Assembly (NCBI GenBank): GCA_964534905.1
Contig: CAZHPZ010000004.1
Location: 1 to 52,175, forward strand
Source: an uncultured Lachnospiraceae bacterium
Lineage (GTDB): Bacteria > Bacillota > Clostridia > Oscillospirales > CAG-272
Length of the DNA stretch: 52,175 bases
Direction of reading: 5' to 3'
Both the position numbers and the translations under genes were made by a program. The notes under the pieces were generated by a model. That model was given only the letters and a program-made list of their open reading frames with translations, was not told where the DNA came from and did no database searches. Every line of letters begins with the position of its first letter. Position 1 is the first letter of the stretch. Shown in pieces: positions 8,346-18,749 of the stretch.

Positions 8346-9335
8346 ATGTCGATTTTGGTTACGGGCGGCGCGGGCTATATCGGTTCGCATACTGCTCTTG
8401 AGCTTATAAAAGCCGGATATGATGTAGTAATAGCAGATAGTCTTGTTACCGGATACCGAAAGGCTGTACCTGAGGGAGCTAAGTTTTACTGCGGAGATAT
8501 TCGTGATATTGATTTCTTAAATAATCTTTTCAAAGCAGAGAAGATAGATGCTATAATTCACTTTGCGGCTTTCTCGCTTGTAGGTGAAAGTGTTGTAAAT
8601 CCGTTGAAATATTATGAAAACAATATTTACGGTACCAAAGTTCTTCTTGATGCTATGGTGCAAAACAATGTAAAAAAGATAGTATTTTCATCTACCGCGG
8701 CAACATACGGTGAGCCGGAAAACATTCCGATCCTTGAGAGCGATAGAACCTGTCCCACAAATCCTTACGGAGAGACTAAGCTCGCTATGGAAAAAATGTT
8801 CAAGTGGACGAGCGAGGCGCATGGAATGAATTTCGTTTCTCTCAGATATTTTAATGCTTGCGGTGCAGACGAGTGTGGAAATATCGGTGAGGCTCACAAT
8901 CCCGAAAGTCATTTAATTCCTCTTATTCTTCAGGTACCCAACGGAAAAAGAGAAGCGATTTCTATATACGGAACCGATTATGATACTCCTGACGGAACCT
9001 GCATTCGTGATTATATTCACGTTACAGATCTTGCTTCGGCGCATATCTTAGCTGTGGAATATTTGCTCAACGGAGGAAAAAGCGATATCTTCAATCTCGG
9101 TAACGGGGTAGGCTACTCGGTAAGAGAAGTTATAGAGACGGCAAGAGAAGTCACCGGACACCCTATTCCCGCAATTGAGACTCCGAGACGTGCCGGAGAC
9201 CCCGCAAGACTTGTAGCTTCAAGTGAAAAAGCAAAGAAAATATTGGGTTGGAAGCCTGTTCACAATAGCCTTGAGGAAATAATTTCAAGTGCTTGGAATT
9301 GGCATAAGAGTCATCCCAACGGATATAATGATTGA
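8346..9335 (+). CDS. galE: UDP-glucose 4-epimerase
   Basis: GGAGYIGSH, FSSTAATYG, YGETK, LRYFNA and DGTCIRDYIHV motifs. Confidence 0.97.
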   Translation: MSILVTGGAGYIGSHTALELIKAGYDVVIADSLVTGYRKAVPEGAKFYCGDIRDIDFLNNLFKAEKIDAIIHFAAFSLVGESVVNPLKYYENNIYGTKVLLDAMVQNNVKKIVFSSTAATYGEPENIPILESDRTCPTNPYGETKLAMEKMFKWTSEAHGMNFVSLRYFNACGADECGNIGEAHNPESHLIPLILQVPNGKREAISIYGTDYDTPDGTCIRDYIHVTDLASAHILAVEYLLNGGKSDIFNLGNGVGYSVREVIETAREVTGHPIPAIETPRRAGDPARLVASSEKAKKILGWKPVHNSLEEIISSAWNWHKSHPNGYND

Positions 9336-9362
9336 TTAAATGCATTTCGAAAGGAACATATC

Positions 9363-10424
9363 GTGAGCATTTTAAAGCAACACTTCGGTTTTTATAATTC
9401 AAAGGAAATATCTAAATATATACTGAAAAATTCTAATGGTATGACTGTGGAAATTTCCGATTACGGTGCCACTGTTATTTCCGTATCGGTTCCGGACAAA
9501 TTCGGAAATAATGCTGATGTTATATGCGGATATGACGATCTTCAGTCTTATATAAATGCCGACGGATACCAGGGAGCGATTATAGGAAGAGCAGGCAACA
9601 GAATTTGTCACGGGCGCTTTACTTTGGATGGCGTTGAATATGAGCTGGCTACCAATGACGGACAGAATCATCTTCATGGCGGTAATGTTGGATTTGACAA
9701 GCATGTGTGGAGCGTTTTGTCTGAAAATAATTCTGATGCACCCTCTCTTAAATTATTTTTACTTTCCAAGGACGGAGAAGAGGGATACCCAGGAAATTTA
9801 AGAGTGACTGTAACGTATACTCTCACACATAGCAATGAGCTTGCAATAAAATATGAAGCTGTATCTGACAAACGCACAGTAATTAATTTGACAAATCATA
9901 CATATTTTAATCTTGGAGGATACAATTCCGGCAATATATACGATCATTTACTTTGGATGGATGCGGATACATATTTACCAACCGATGAAACTCTTATACC
10001 CACAGGTGAGATAAAGAGTGTTGACGGTACGCCGTTTGATTTCAGAGTACCTAAAAAAATCGGACAGGATATATCCACCGACAATAAAGATCTTAAGATT
10101 GCAGGAGGATATGATCATTGCCTTAATTTTGTAGGTGGAGAATCCAATTATACAAAATTAAGAGCCCGCGTCGTTCATTCAAAAAGCGGCAGGGTAATGG
10201 AAATGTATACTAATCAGCCTTGCGTGCAGTTTTATTCCGGTAATTTTTTAAGTAACAAAAAGTATCCTTTTAAGAATAACTGTGAGCAGCATCCGCAGAT
10301 GGCATTTTGCCTTGAAACTCAGCATATGCCGGATTCGATTAATCACGATGGCTTTACCGATACGGTAATAAATCCCGGAGATGTATACGATTATACAACT
10401 ATTTATAAATTTTATACCGAATAA
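9363..10424 (+). CDS. galM: Aldose 1-epimerase (galactose mutarotase)
   Basis: GRAGNRI, NHLHGG, GYPG, NLTNHTYFNL, GYDH and FCLETQ motifs. Confidence 0.95.
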   Translation: MSILKQHFGFYNSKEISKYILKNSNGMTVEISDYGATVISVSVPDKFGNNADVICGYDDLQSYINADGYQGAIIGRAGNRICHGRFTLDGVEYELATNDGQNHLHGGNVGFDKHVWSVLSENNSDAPSLKLFLLSKDGEEGYPGNLRVTVTYTLTHSNELAIKYEAVSDKRTVINLTNHTYFNLGGYNSGNIYDHLLWMDADTYLPTDETLIPTGEIKSVDGTPFDFRVPKKIGQDISTDNKDLKIAGGYDHCLNFVGGESNYTKLRARVVHSKSGRVMEMYTNQPCVQFYSGNFLSNKKYPFKNNCEQHPQMAFCLETQHMPDSINHDGFTDTVINPGDVYDYTTIYKFYTE

Positions 10425-10463
10425 AAATAAAAGTTGACCTGATTACAGGTCAACTTTTATTTT
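10424..10463. terminator. Bidirectional terminator overlapping the end of the TrmH gene
   Basis: AAAATAAAAGTTGACCTG-ATTA-CAGGTCAACTTTTATTTT, a perfect 18-bp stem. Confidence 0.8.
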
Positions 10464-11226
10464 GTCTGAAAACCTCAAATGCAAGCACCGTTGCCGCAGA
10501 TGAAGCAGTTAATGAGCCCTTAAATGTTTTTCCGTAATCTATTCGTACAATAGCGTCCGATCTGTCGAGTACGGCACTTGATATGCCTCTTTTTTCGCCG
10601 CCGACTATCAGTAAAACAGGCTTTTTTAAATCGGTTTCATAGAGTGACGTTGAATTGCGTATGCCTGCGCAAACTATTTTGTAATTTTTAGATTTGAATA
10701 TATCTATAGCATTTAAAATATCGGAAGTGTATATCGGGATTAATTCGGATGTACCGGCGGAGCTTTTACAGATAATACCTTGAGAATTTTCAAAATGGTA
10801 TGACGGGACTATAATTCCGTCAACTCCTGCGGCGTATGCGGAACGCACGGTATATGCAAAATTAAAGGGATCCTCGATACCGTCTAAAATCATATAAAAT
10901 CCATTTGATACAATAGGTGTAGAGGGTAAAAGAGGCGAAATGGCGGATTTTGTACATATAGCAATTATACCTCCGTGAGTTTTTCCGAGTGCTATAGTAT
11001 CAATTTCGGTATGCGCCACAGGCTTTAACTCAAAATTGAGCTCACGAGCTTTAAATTCCAAAAATTTCAATTCATTGTATTTAGATTTTTTCTTGCTTGA
11101 ATTATACAAAATTTTTATAATTTTTCGATTTGAAATACCGTTTTCAATTGCGGATATGACAGAAGTAATGCTTGTCATACCTTCAAAAACATCATAATTA
11201 TCACGGTCAAAATGAATATTTTCCAT
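10450..11226 (-). CDS. TrmH/SpoU family RNA methyltransferase
   Basis: LDGIEDPFN, RSAYAAG, SSAG, VGGEKRGIS and SL motifs of SPOUT methylases. Confidence 0.9.
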   Translation of the reverse strand: MENIHFDRDNYDVFEGMTSITSVISAIENGISNRKIIKILYNSSKKKSKYNELKFLEFKARELNFELKPVAHTEIDTIALGKTHGGIIAICTKSAISPLLPSTPIVSNGFYMILDGIEDPFNFAYTVRSAYAAGVDGIIVPSYHFENSQGIICKSSAGTSELIPIYTSDILNAIDIFKSKNYKIVCAGIRNSTSLYETDLKKPVLLIVGGEKRGISSAVLDRSDAIVRIDYGKTFKGSLTASSAATVLAFEVFRQNKS

Positions 11227-11313
11227 AAATAAAATCCTTTAATTAATATTAATAAAACAGAATGCATAAGATTGAACGTCTGATAAATTTATATAACTGT
11301 GAGGTTAAATCTT

Positions 11314-11583
11314 ATGTATATTGCATCTAATAAGGAGCGTTGCGTGATTATAGGTACATATTTGGTCGAAAATAAATCTACCGTTCGTGAGGTGGCCTCA
11401 AGATTCGGTATAAGCAAAAGTACAGTGCATAAGGACGTAACGCAGAATTTAAAAAGATGCAATCCTATATTATTTGAGCAGGTTCATGAAATATTGGAGA
11501 CTAATAAAAAAGAAAGACATCTGCGTGGCGGCGAAGCTACTAAGCAAAAATTTTTACATGCCAAATCAACCGCTCAACAGTAA
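11314..11583 (+). CDS. spoIIID: Stage III sporulation regulator SpoIIID
   Basis: STVREVASRFGISKSTVHKDV...NKKERHLRGGEATK; ATG 11314 follows GAGG (ORF track starts at 11299). Confidence 0.95.
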   Translation: MYIASNKERCVIIGTYLVENKSTVREVASRFGISKSTVHKDVTQNLKRCNPILFEQVHEILETNKKERHLRGGEATKQKFLHAKSTAQQ

Positions 11584-11648
11584 TAAAACTGCGATGTCGG
11601 GCATTTAATTGCCATAATTTGCACAAACACTTGCCAATTGCTTCTCTT

Positions 11649-11678
11649 AATTATACAAAATTTGCATTTTGTATAATT
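11649..11678. terminator. AT-rich hairpin between the convergent spoIIID and ispE genes
   Basis: AATTATACAAAAT-TTGC-ATTTTGTATAATT. Confidence 0.5.
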
Positions 11679-11692
11679 GGTTATTGCGTGTT

Positions 11693-12607
11693 TTACAATG
11701 CAAATCCCCGTTCTATCATGTCGTATGTGGAATTGACCGGCAAGCATCTGAAGGTTTGTATGTCAAACTTTTTCAGTGCATTTTCCGCATCCTCAAGTAA
11801 AACACGATCAGGAAAAACGCCTACTACTGACGGACCGCTTCCGCTAAGCTGTGCGAAATAAGCCCCGTTTACACTCATTACTTCCTTGATAAATTGTACT
11901 TGAGAATTGTCGTCATATAGACTTTCGAATATATTTTTTGATGTTTCGAATGCTTCTCTGCATCTTGCACCCTGATATGAAATTAAGGTTTCGCTATATC
12001 CCAAGCCCTCTCTGTAATCCACGAAATCATCATAAATTAAATCCAATTTGCGATATTGCTCGGCAGTCGATTCTTTTTTATCACCTATGGCAATTAATAG
12101 GTTATAATCATGAATTCCGCACATTTGGAAAACCGGATAGCTGTGCTCATCGCACATTTGAGTTCCGCCAACTACACAAAAAGGCACATCCGAGCCAAGC
12201 TTTGAGCCCATTTGGCACAATTCATCGTTGGTGAGCGGCTTACCGTAAAAACGATTTAAACCTCTGAGCACTGCGCCCGCATCTGCGCTACCACCGCCCA
12301 AGCCTGCAGCTAAGGGTATTTTTTTTACGATTGATATATCTACTTTTTCATCCACTTCCGAATTTAATTCTTTATAAAACAAATCTGCGGCTTTGTATGC
12401 GATATTGTCCTCGTCCTCAACTCCGATATCCTTATCGCACCAAACGTTAAATTTTTGTGTTCCGTTCCCTTTTATGTAAACCTCGTCACCTAAGGTAACC
12501 GATTGCATTATAGTAATCAATTCGTGATATCCCGTAAACTTATTTTTTTTCTTTATATCCAAATATAAATTTATTTTAGCATAAGCGTTTTCTACTCTGT
12601 ATTTCAT
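11693..12607 (-). CDS. ispE: 4-diphosphocytidyl-2-C-methyl-D-erythritol kinase
   Basis: AYAKINLYL, KKIPLAAGLGGGSADA, LGSDVPF and LSGSGPSV; ATG 12607 follows GGAGGTG. Confidence 0.93.
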   Translation of the reverse strand: MKYRVENAYAKINLYLDIKKKNKFTGYHELITIMQSVTLGDEVYIKGNGTQKFNVWCDKDIGVEDEDNIAYKAADLFYKELNSEVDEKVDISIVKKIPLAAGLGGGSADAGAVLRGLNRFYGKPLTNDELCQMGSKLGSDVPFCVVGGTQMCDEHSYPVFQMCGIHDYNLLIAIGDKKESTAEQYRKLDLIYDDFVDYREGLGYSETLISYQGARCREAFETSKNIFESLYDDNSQVQFIKEVMSVNGAYFAQLSGSGPSVVGVFPDRVLLEDAENALKKFDIQTFRCLPVNSTYDMIERGFAL

Positions 12608-12757
12608 ATATACACCTCCGAATTGATCTTTACCGATTCTAATAATATCATAAAAAGCATAAAATTTCAATAGAATAATTATAATATCTCTTGACTTATC
12701 GTAATATTTTATTTATAATTATATAGTAAAATTAATCAAGTAGGAGATGTTTCAAAT

Positions 12758-14167
12758 ATGAATAATTGGCTTTCGACATATAAGAAAATTATCATTTCAA
12801 CCTTGATTATAACCTGCATTATTGTCATAGCGATTTGTTTGATCTACGGTTTGATAAACGGATCTGTCGGTAATTTTATAAATACATTATTCGAGGTGCT
12901 TTCGCCGGTTATAATAGGTTTTGTAATAGCCTATCTTATAAATCCGATAGTTAAGTTTTTTGAAAATAAATTACTGAAGCGTATAAATAAATTTACGGTT
13001 AAAAGGCTTATAGCGGTTATTTTGGCATTATTTCTTTTGATAGGCTTCTTCTGCTTTTTAATTGCTATACTTATACCGAGTATAGCGACAACTCTTGAAT
13101 CATTCTGGAACACTTATATTGTTAATTATAAGGATTCATTGGTCGCAATATCCGAAAATATAAATGCCTTTATGGATCGCTTTTCGGTGTTTGATACAGC
13201 TATGCGTATAGATCCGGAAGCATTGATCGAGTGGGTAGAAACCAAACTGCCATGGCTCGGAGAAATAGTTGTCGGAGATTTTTCGAGCATATTCCCCAAC
13301 GAAACATTTACACCGGACGATTCCGACGCGATTTTTAATATTTCCGATTTGTTTACAACGGAAAATATCCTAAAGCTACTCGGCTATGTCTTTTCTTTGG
13401 GAACTTCCGTATTCAATGGCGTTAAAAATGTTTTACTCGGGCTCTTTATTGCCGTTTATATGCTTTTGGCTAAAGAGAGATGTAAAGCGGGCATACGAAG
13501 ATTTTTAAACAGCTTTCTCAGCCCCAAAAATGTTCGTGCTACCATAAGATTCGGAAAACTCATCGATCGCTCGTTCGGAGGATTTATTGAGGGTCAGCTG
13601 TTTGACGCATTGATAGTAGGTGTGGTATCTTATATTGTTTTCCTGATTTTCAGAATTCCGGTTCCCCATCTTATTGCGACAATCGTTGCGGTTACAAATG
13701 TAATACCTATTTTCGGACCGTTTATAGGAGGTATTCCGTCTGCATTGCTCGTGTTGCTGACTGCACCTGAAAAAACAATACTGTTTATTATTCTTATAGT
13801 CGTAATTCAACAAATAGACGGAAATATAATTTGTCCGCATATTCTCGGTGATAAAATCAATATAAGCTCTCTTGCTACAATAATAGCAATAGTAACAATG
13901 GGCGGACTTTTCGGAATATTCGGTATGCTTATCGGCGTTCCCGTATTTGCGGTTATTATTAATATAATAAATTCTTTCACCATGAACTCACTTAGAAAGA
14001 AAGGCTTGGAAACCTCGATTTCAGATTATTATGTCGGAGATCCGAGAAAAATATCCGATAATAAAAACGATGCCGACGACAGCTTTGCCAAAAGGACATT
14101 TATCTCTGCCAAAAATGCTGTTAAATCGCTTTATCAAAAAATTAAAATCAATAAAAAGGAGAAATAA
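12758..14167 (+). CDS. AI-2E (PerM) family transporter
   Basis: PVIIGFVIAYLINP, NVIPIFGPFIG, QQIDGNIICPHILG and GMLIGVP motifs. Confidence 0.92.
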   Translation: MNNWLSTYKKIIISTLIITCIIVIAICLIYGLINGSVGNFINTLFEVLSPVIIGFVIAYLINPIVKFFENKLLKRINKFTVKRLIAVILALFLLIGFFCFLIAILIPSIATTLESFWNTYIVNYKDSLVAISENINAFMDRFSVFDTAMRIDPEALIEWVETKLPWLGEIVVGDFSSIFPNETFTPDDSDAIFNISDLFTTENILKLLGYVFSLGTSVFNGVKNVLLGLFIAVYMLLAKERCKAGIRRFLNSFLSPKNVRATIRFGKLIDRSFGGFIEGQLFDALIVGVVSYIVFLIFRIPVPHLIATIVAVTNVIPIFGPFIGGIPSALLVLLTAPEKTILFIILIVVIQQIDGNIICPHILGDKINISSLATIIAIVTMGGLFGIFGMLIGVPVFAVIINIINSFTMNSLRKKGLETSISDYYVGDPRKISDNKNDADDSFAKRTFISAKNAVKSLYQKIKINKKEK

Positions 14168-14169
14168 AA

Positions 14170-14424
14170 ATGTCACACATTACCTATGCAACAAAAGGAA
14201 CATGTTCAAGACAAATTGATATCGAGATATCCGATAACGGAATAATCGATAATGTTAAATTTACAGGAGGATGCTCGGGAAATACACAGGGCGTTGCGGC
14301 TCTTGTTAAGGGTATGACAGTAAACGAAGCAATAGAAAGATTGGACGGTATTAAATGCGGTCCGAGACCTACATCGTGCCCTGATCAACTCGCACAGGCT
14401 CTTAAGCAATATACTAACGATTGA
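14170..14424 (+). CDS. TSCPD-domain protein (TIGR03905 family)
   Basis: GTCSRQI, FTGGCSGN and IKCGPRPTSCPDQLA motifs. Confidence 0.92.
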   Translation: MSHITYATKGTCSRQIDIEISDNGIIDNVKFTGGCSGNTQGVAALVKGMTVNEAIERLDGIKCGPRPTSCPDQLAQALKQYTND

Positions 14425-14447
14425 TTTAATTTGATGGGGAAAGTAAT

Positions 14448-16172
14448 ATGGAATTTTATAGAGAACAATATCAAAAATGGATAGACTCCGCTTCCCTTTC
14501 CGCTGATGAAAAGGATGAGCTCTTAAGCCTTGCGGACAACGAAGAAGAAATAAAGGAAAGATTTTATTCCTCGCTTGAATTCGGCACTGCCGGGCTCCGC
14601 GGAAAAATGAAGCTTGGCACCAATGCCATGAACAAATATACTGTAGCACAGGCCACACAAGGCTTGTCTACTCTTATCATTAAAGAGCAAAGAGAAAACG
14701 ACGGAGTAGTTATTGCTTATGACTCACGAAATAATTCAGAATTGTTTGCAAGGACTGCCGCGAGTGTTTTGGCCGCTAACGGAATAAAGGCTTATATATT
14801 TGACGAGCTTCGCCCCACTCCCGAGCTTTCGTATGCGCTTAGAGAGCTCCACTGCGTTGCGGGCATCAATATTACCGCTTCGCATAATCCGAAGGAATAC
14901 AACGGATATAAAGCGTATTGGGAGGATGGAGCCCAGCTTCCACCTGAGCACGCTAAGACGGTTTCCTCCGAGATAAATAAAATAGATGTTTTTGCCGATA
15001 TCAAATCTATTGATTTTGATCAGGCTGTAAATGATGGAAAGATTATTATTCTCGATCAGGAAATGGATGAAAAATATCTTTCCGAGGTTATGAAGCAGCT
15101 TGTAAATCCCAATGCGATCAAAAAAGTAGCGGATGATCTTCGTATTGTATATTCTCCACTGCACGGCACCGGTTACAGATTGATTCCCGATATTCTCTCA
15201 CGCTGCGGCGTTGAGCATTTATACGTAGTTCCCGAGCAAATGGAAATTAACGGTGATTTTCCTACGGTTGAAAAGCCCAATCCGGAATATCCTGAGGTTT
15301 TTGAACTCGGAATTGAGATTGCAAACAACGTAGGAAGCACATTGGTTATTGCTACCGACCCGGATGCAGACCGTGTAGGAGTTGTTACAAAAACAAGCGA
15401 CGGAAAATTTGTTACCATTTCCGGAAACCAAATGGGCGCATTGCTTATTGACTATATTATTACCGCATACGAGGAAACGGGTACTATGCCAGCAAATCCA
15501 TATGCCGTAAAAACAATAGTGTCAACTGAGCTTGTGGCTAAAATATGCAAGGAGCATAACGTTAAACTTCACAACGTGCTTACGGGATTTAAGTTTATCG
15601 GTGAGGTTATCAAAAAATACGAGCAATCCGGAGAGGAAGCCTCTTTCTTATTCGGGTTTGAAGAAAGCTACGGATATCTTAAGGGCACATATGCAAGAGA
15701 TAAGGACGCCGTTGTAGCAACTATGCTTATTTGCGAAATGACAGCATTTTATCATGCTAAAGGAATGACTCTTTTCAACGCTCTTAATAATCTTTACGAG
15801 AAATACGGATATTATCTTGAATCTAATCAGGAGCTTTATATGCACGGGGTTGACGGAAAGGATAAAATGGCAGCCTTAATGAATACATTGCGTAATAACG
15901 CGCCTGATTATATAGCCGATAAAAATATCGTTGAGTCCGGAGATTATCTTAAGGGAGAAATAGTAAACCGAATCACAGGAGAAAGCATCCCCACTAATCT
16001 CCCCTCATCTAATGTTATATCCTTCAAGACAGAAAACGGTGACGTGATTATCGCACGTCCCTCGGGCACTGAGCCTAAAATTAAGTTTTATTATCTTTTG
16101 ACGGGTACGGACAAAAATGTAATGTACGAGAACTTGGAAAAATACAAGTCATTTATAGGTGGCTTTATTTAA
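14448..16172 (+). CDS. pgm: Phosphoglucomutase/phosphomannomutase
   Basis: FGTAGLRG, TASHNP, DPDADR, FEESYG and RPSGTEPK motifs. Confidence 0.95.
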   Translation: MEFYREQYQKWIDSASLSADEKDELLSLADNEEEIKERFYSSLEFGTAGLRGKMKLGTNAMNKYTVAQATQGLSTLIIKEQRENDGVVIAYDSRNNSELFARTAASVLAANGIKAYIFDELRPTPELSYALRELHCVAGINITASHNPKEYNGYKAYWEDGAQLPPEHAKTVSSEINKIDVFADIKSIDFDQAVNDGKIIILDQEMDEKYLSEVMKQLVNPNAIKKVADDLRIVYSPLHGTGYRLIPDILSRCGVEHLYVVPEQMEINGDFPTVEKPNPEYPEVFELGIEIANNVGSTLVIATDPDADRVGVVTKTSDGKFVTISGNQMGALLIDYIITAYEETGTMPANPYAVKTIVSTELVAKICKEHNVKLHNVLTGFKFIGEVIKKYEQSGEEASFLFGFEESYGYLKGTYARDKDAVVATMLICEMTAFYHAKGMTLFNALNNLYEKYGYYLESNQELYMHGVDGKDKMAALMNTLRNNAPDYIADKNIVESGDYLKGEIVNRITGESIPTNLPSSNVISFKTENGDVIIARPSGTEPKIKFYYLLTGTDKNVMYENLEKYKSFIGGFI

Positions 16173-16179
16173 AAAATTA

Positions 16180-16218
16180 TAAAAATCAGGGAGAGATTAT
16201 TTTCTTTCCCTGATTTTT
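16180..16218. terminator. Bidirectional terminator between pgm and spoVFB
   Basis: AAAAATCAGGGAGAGA...TTCTTTCCCTGATTTTT. Confidence 0.7.
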
Positions 16219-16221
16219 CGA

Positions 16222-16797
16222 TTATCTGAATATTTTATTTAGTTGCTTCCCAGACATAGCCGCAACGAAGGCTTCTTCGCACAAGCTAAAATCGGCAACA
16301 AGCGAATGAGGCTTTGATATCGGATCGTCTTGCATCATCGGCACGAAATAAATATTTTTTCTTGAGAGTAACGTAGCTATATTTTTGAGATTTGCCGATA
16401 ATGCATCATTTGTCGCAAGTGCAATAATAAGCGGCTTATTGTTCCTTAAATGTGCCTTTGCAGCCATACAAACCGATGTATCCGTTATGCCATTGGCTAA
16501 TTTTGCCAATGTGTTTCCGGTACAAGGAGATATGATTAACGCTTCTAATGATATTTGTGGACCGAGAGGCTCGGCTTCCCTTATCGTGTGTATTATTTTT
16601 TTGCCTGTAATGTTGGATATTAATGCTTTTATCTCGTCGGACTTTCCGAATCTTGTGTCTGTTGAATAAGCGTTTTCACTCATTATGGGAATGACGTCAT
16701 ATTTTTTCTCAACAAGCTTTTTTATCATATCAACCGATTTTGAAATTGTACAAAACGAACCTGTCAACGCTACACCTATCAAAATATCACCCCTCAC
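16222..16797 (-). CDS. spoVFB: Dipicolinate synthase subunit B
   Basis: ALTGSFCT, TDTRFG, AEPLGP, PCTGNTLAKLANGITD and QDDPISKPHSL. The start may instead be TTG 16782. Confidence 0.95.
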   Translation of the reverse strand: MRGDILIGVALTGSFCTISKSVDMIKKLVEKKYDVIPIMSENAYSTDTRFGKSDEIKALISNITGKKIIHTIREAEPLGPQISLEALIISPCTGNTLAKLANGITDTSVCMAAKAHLRNNKPLIIALATNDALSANLKNIATLLSRKNIYFVPMMQDDPISKPHSLVADFSLCEEAFVAAMSGKQLNKIFR

Positions 16798-17626
16798 TGT
16801 ATATAATATTCATTATCGTTTCGCCAACGAGTATCCCCGCACTTTGCGGAGCATATCTTCCTGGAATTCCGGATTCAATGTGATAATTAAGATTGTATTT
16901 TTCAACTAAGCTTTTGTCTATTCCATAAGGATAAGAAGCAATATCGATGATCAGCGTGTCCCTTGGCAATACTTTGACAAAATCCTCATTCAATATATTG
17001 CATGGCACGGTGTTGAAAATCATATCATATTTTTTACTTTTGAAATTATCCTTGAATTTAGGCTCATATAGATTAAGCGAATCGAATCCGAGCATATTGC
17101 TCCATGCTATGTCCTCGGATTTTCGTGCGCATACGCAAACATCGGCTCCCTGAGCCTTCAAAGAAAGTGCTAATATTTTTCCTATTCGGCCAAATCCTAA
17201 AATTGCCGCATTTGAGCCATAGATGCTTTTTTTGTAATGATGCTTTGCAAAATATAATGCTCCCTCGGCAGATAAAAGCGCATTTTTTATCTGAAACGAC
17301 GGATAATCAAAATAATCAAAATATTTTATGCCTTTTTTATAAAGTGATTTTTTGGTGTTTTCGTTTATCATACCTCCTAAAATAACGGATTTTTCGGAAA
17401 TATAATTCATAATATCGGCTACGCCAAACCTTGTTTGACTTATATTTACTCCGTCGTAGCTAACCGGCGACGGTAGTGCAATCGCCTCGGCTTTTGTTAG
17501 AAATAAAAAAATATCATCTTGAATTGTTTCTTTCGAATAAACAATACTGTCAATGTTGTGATTATATTTAAGATATTCACAGGCATAATTTTGTCGAGGA
17601 TCATTGCCTAAAAATAATATAGACAT
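16787..17626 (-). CDS. spoVFA: Dipicolinate synthase subunit A
   Basis: GNDPRQ, NALLSAEGA, ILGFGRIGK, NTVP, DIASYPYG and GIPGRYAP; overlaps spoVFB. Confidence 0.92.
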   Translation of the reverse strand: MSILFLGNDPRQNYACEYLKYNHNIDSIVYSKETIQDDIFLFLTKAEAIALPSPVSYDGVNISQTRFGVADIMNYISEKSVILGGMINENTKKSLYKKGIKYFDYFDYPSFQIKNALLSAEGALYFAKHHYKKSIYGSNAAILGFGRIGKILALSLKAQGADVCVCARKSEDIAWSNMLGFDSLNLYEPKFKDNFKSKKYDMIFNTVPCNILNEDFVKVLPRDTLIIDIASYPYGIDKSLVEKYNLNYHIESGIPGRYAPQSAGILVGETIMNIIYSEG

Positions 17627-17679
17627 ATTACGCCTCCTTTTCTGTAAACAGTATATTCAATAAAGAAATATATTGTTCA

Positions 17680-17714
17680 AAAAAGCTCGAAGATTATTTT
17701 TCTTCGAGCTTTTT
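17680..17714 (-). terminator. Terminator after the WYL gene
   Basis: AAAAAGCTCGAAGA / TCTTCGAGCTTTTT stem. Confidence 0.75.
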
Positions 17715-17721
17715 GAATATT

Positions 17722-18717
17722 TTATTCTGATTTTACAATGGAATCGGCAAGTTTTGTATTATATTTCTCCCTGAGCGACGCAGGATAAATAATTTCTGCT
17801 CTTTTTCCCTGCTCAAGCAACCATCCCCAGAGTCTTATATTTTCATAAGACTTTACTTTCGCCTCATATATGTTTTCGGATATTTTAGTTGTCGATATGT
17901 TATATCCGAATTCATCAAATACTGCTTCCGCTATATCCCCGTGGAATCGTAGCTTTATTTCGATTTCGGGCTTTCCGTATATGTCGCTTGCCAGTTGAGG
18001 ATGATTTTTGATGGTTTCTTTTATTTTTGCGGTATGCTGCGATATATGATTATCAATTGAATTAAGGCAATCCATTTTGTCGATACGATAATTTACGGTA
18101 TCGGATTGTTCGCCATTGCAAGCTATCAGATAATAGTTATCGTCAATAAATATGATTTTGATAGGCTCTACAACTAAATATTGCCCGTCACATCTGTAAA
18201 CACGTTCTCCCAAGCCATCTATATCATAATATTTGAATATTAACTTTTTGTTTTGTAAAATAGCATCTTCAATTACATTAAAATTCCCGAACATAGCGTC
18301 ACAGTCGCGCTTTCGCGAATTGGGACAAATGACACTCACGTCGGTTCTGAGCAAATTATTCCCGCAAGGCCCCGCAGAATTTGCAATCTTTTGTATCAGA
18401 GCGCGAGTATTTCCTTCGGAAGCAAATTTTGATGACTGCAATGCAGATATCATTAATCTATTTTCGCTCCCGGAAAACAAACGGTCATCAAAATAATACG
18501 CTCTGTGAGAGTTTAGATTTTTGAATTTTATGTTATAACCCCAATGATTTAAAAGCTTTATTTCACCGTGAATATTTTTATTGCAGCAATGTACACCCAT
18601 TTCTTCCAGTCCCGCGCTGATTTCTGAAGCAAGCAAAGGGTTGTCTTTATCTGTTCTGCTTTTTAAAAGCTCATACAGCTTCAACATTTTTATTTTATTT
18701 GGATAGTCTTTGTTCAT
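17722..18717 (-). CDS. wHTH-WYL-WCX transcriptional regulator
   Basis: N-terminal HTH (LKLYELLKSRTDKDNPL), WYL core (VEPIKIIFIDDNYYLIA...NYRIDKM) and C-terminal WGWLLEQGKRAEIIYPASLRE. Confidence 0.88.
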   Translation of the reverse strand: MNKDYPNKIKMLKLYELLKSRTDKDNPLLASEISAGLEEMGVHCCNKNIHGEIKLLNHWGYNIKFKNLNSHRAYYFDDRLFSGSENRLMISALQSSKFASEGNTRALIQKIANSAGPCGNNLLRTDVSVICPNSRKRDCDAMFGNFNVIEDAILQNKKLIFKYYDIDGLGERVYRCDGQYLVVEPIKIIFIDDNYYLIACNGEQSDTVNYRIDKMDCLNSIDNHISQHTAKIKETIKNHPQLASDIYGKPEIEIKLRFHGDIAEAVFDEFGYNISTTKISENIYEAKVKSYENIRLWGWLLEQGKRAEIIYPASLREKYNTKLADSIVKSE

Positions 18718-18749
18718 AGCTGCCTCCGTATTAATGCTTGACGGTTAAA

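Noticed and set aside
11261-11295. Mother-cell sigma-E promoter for spoIIID (and sigma-K/E for spoVFA near 17650-17676)
   Set aside because: Biologically expected, but the matches are too degenerate in AT-rich DNA to call.
17722-18717. WYL gene as a marker of an anti-phage defence island
   Set aside because: No defence genes flank it; its neighbours are spoVF, alkD-like and B12 uptake genes.
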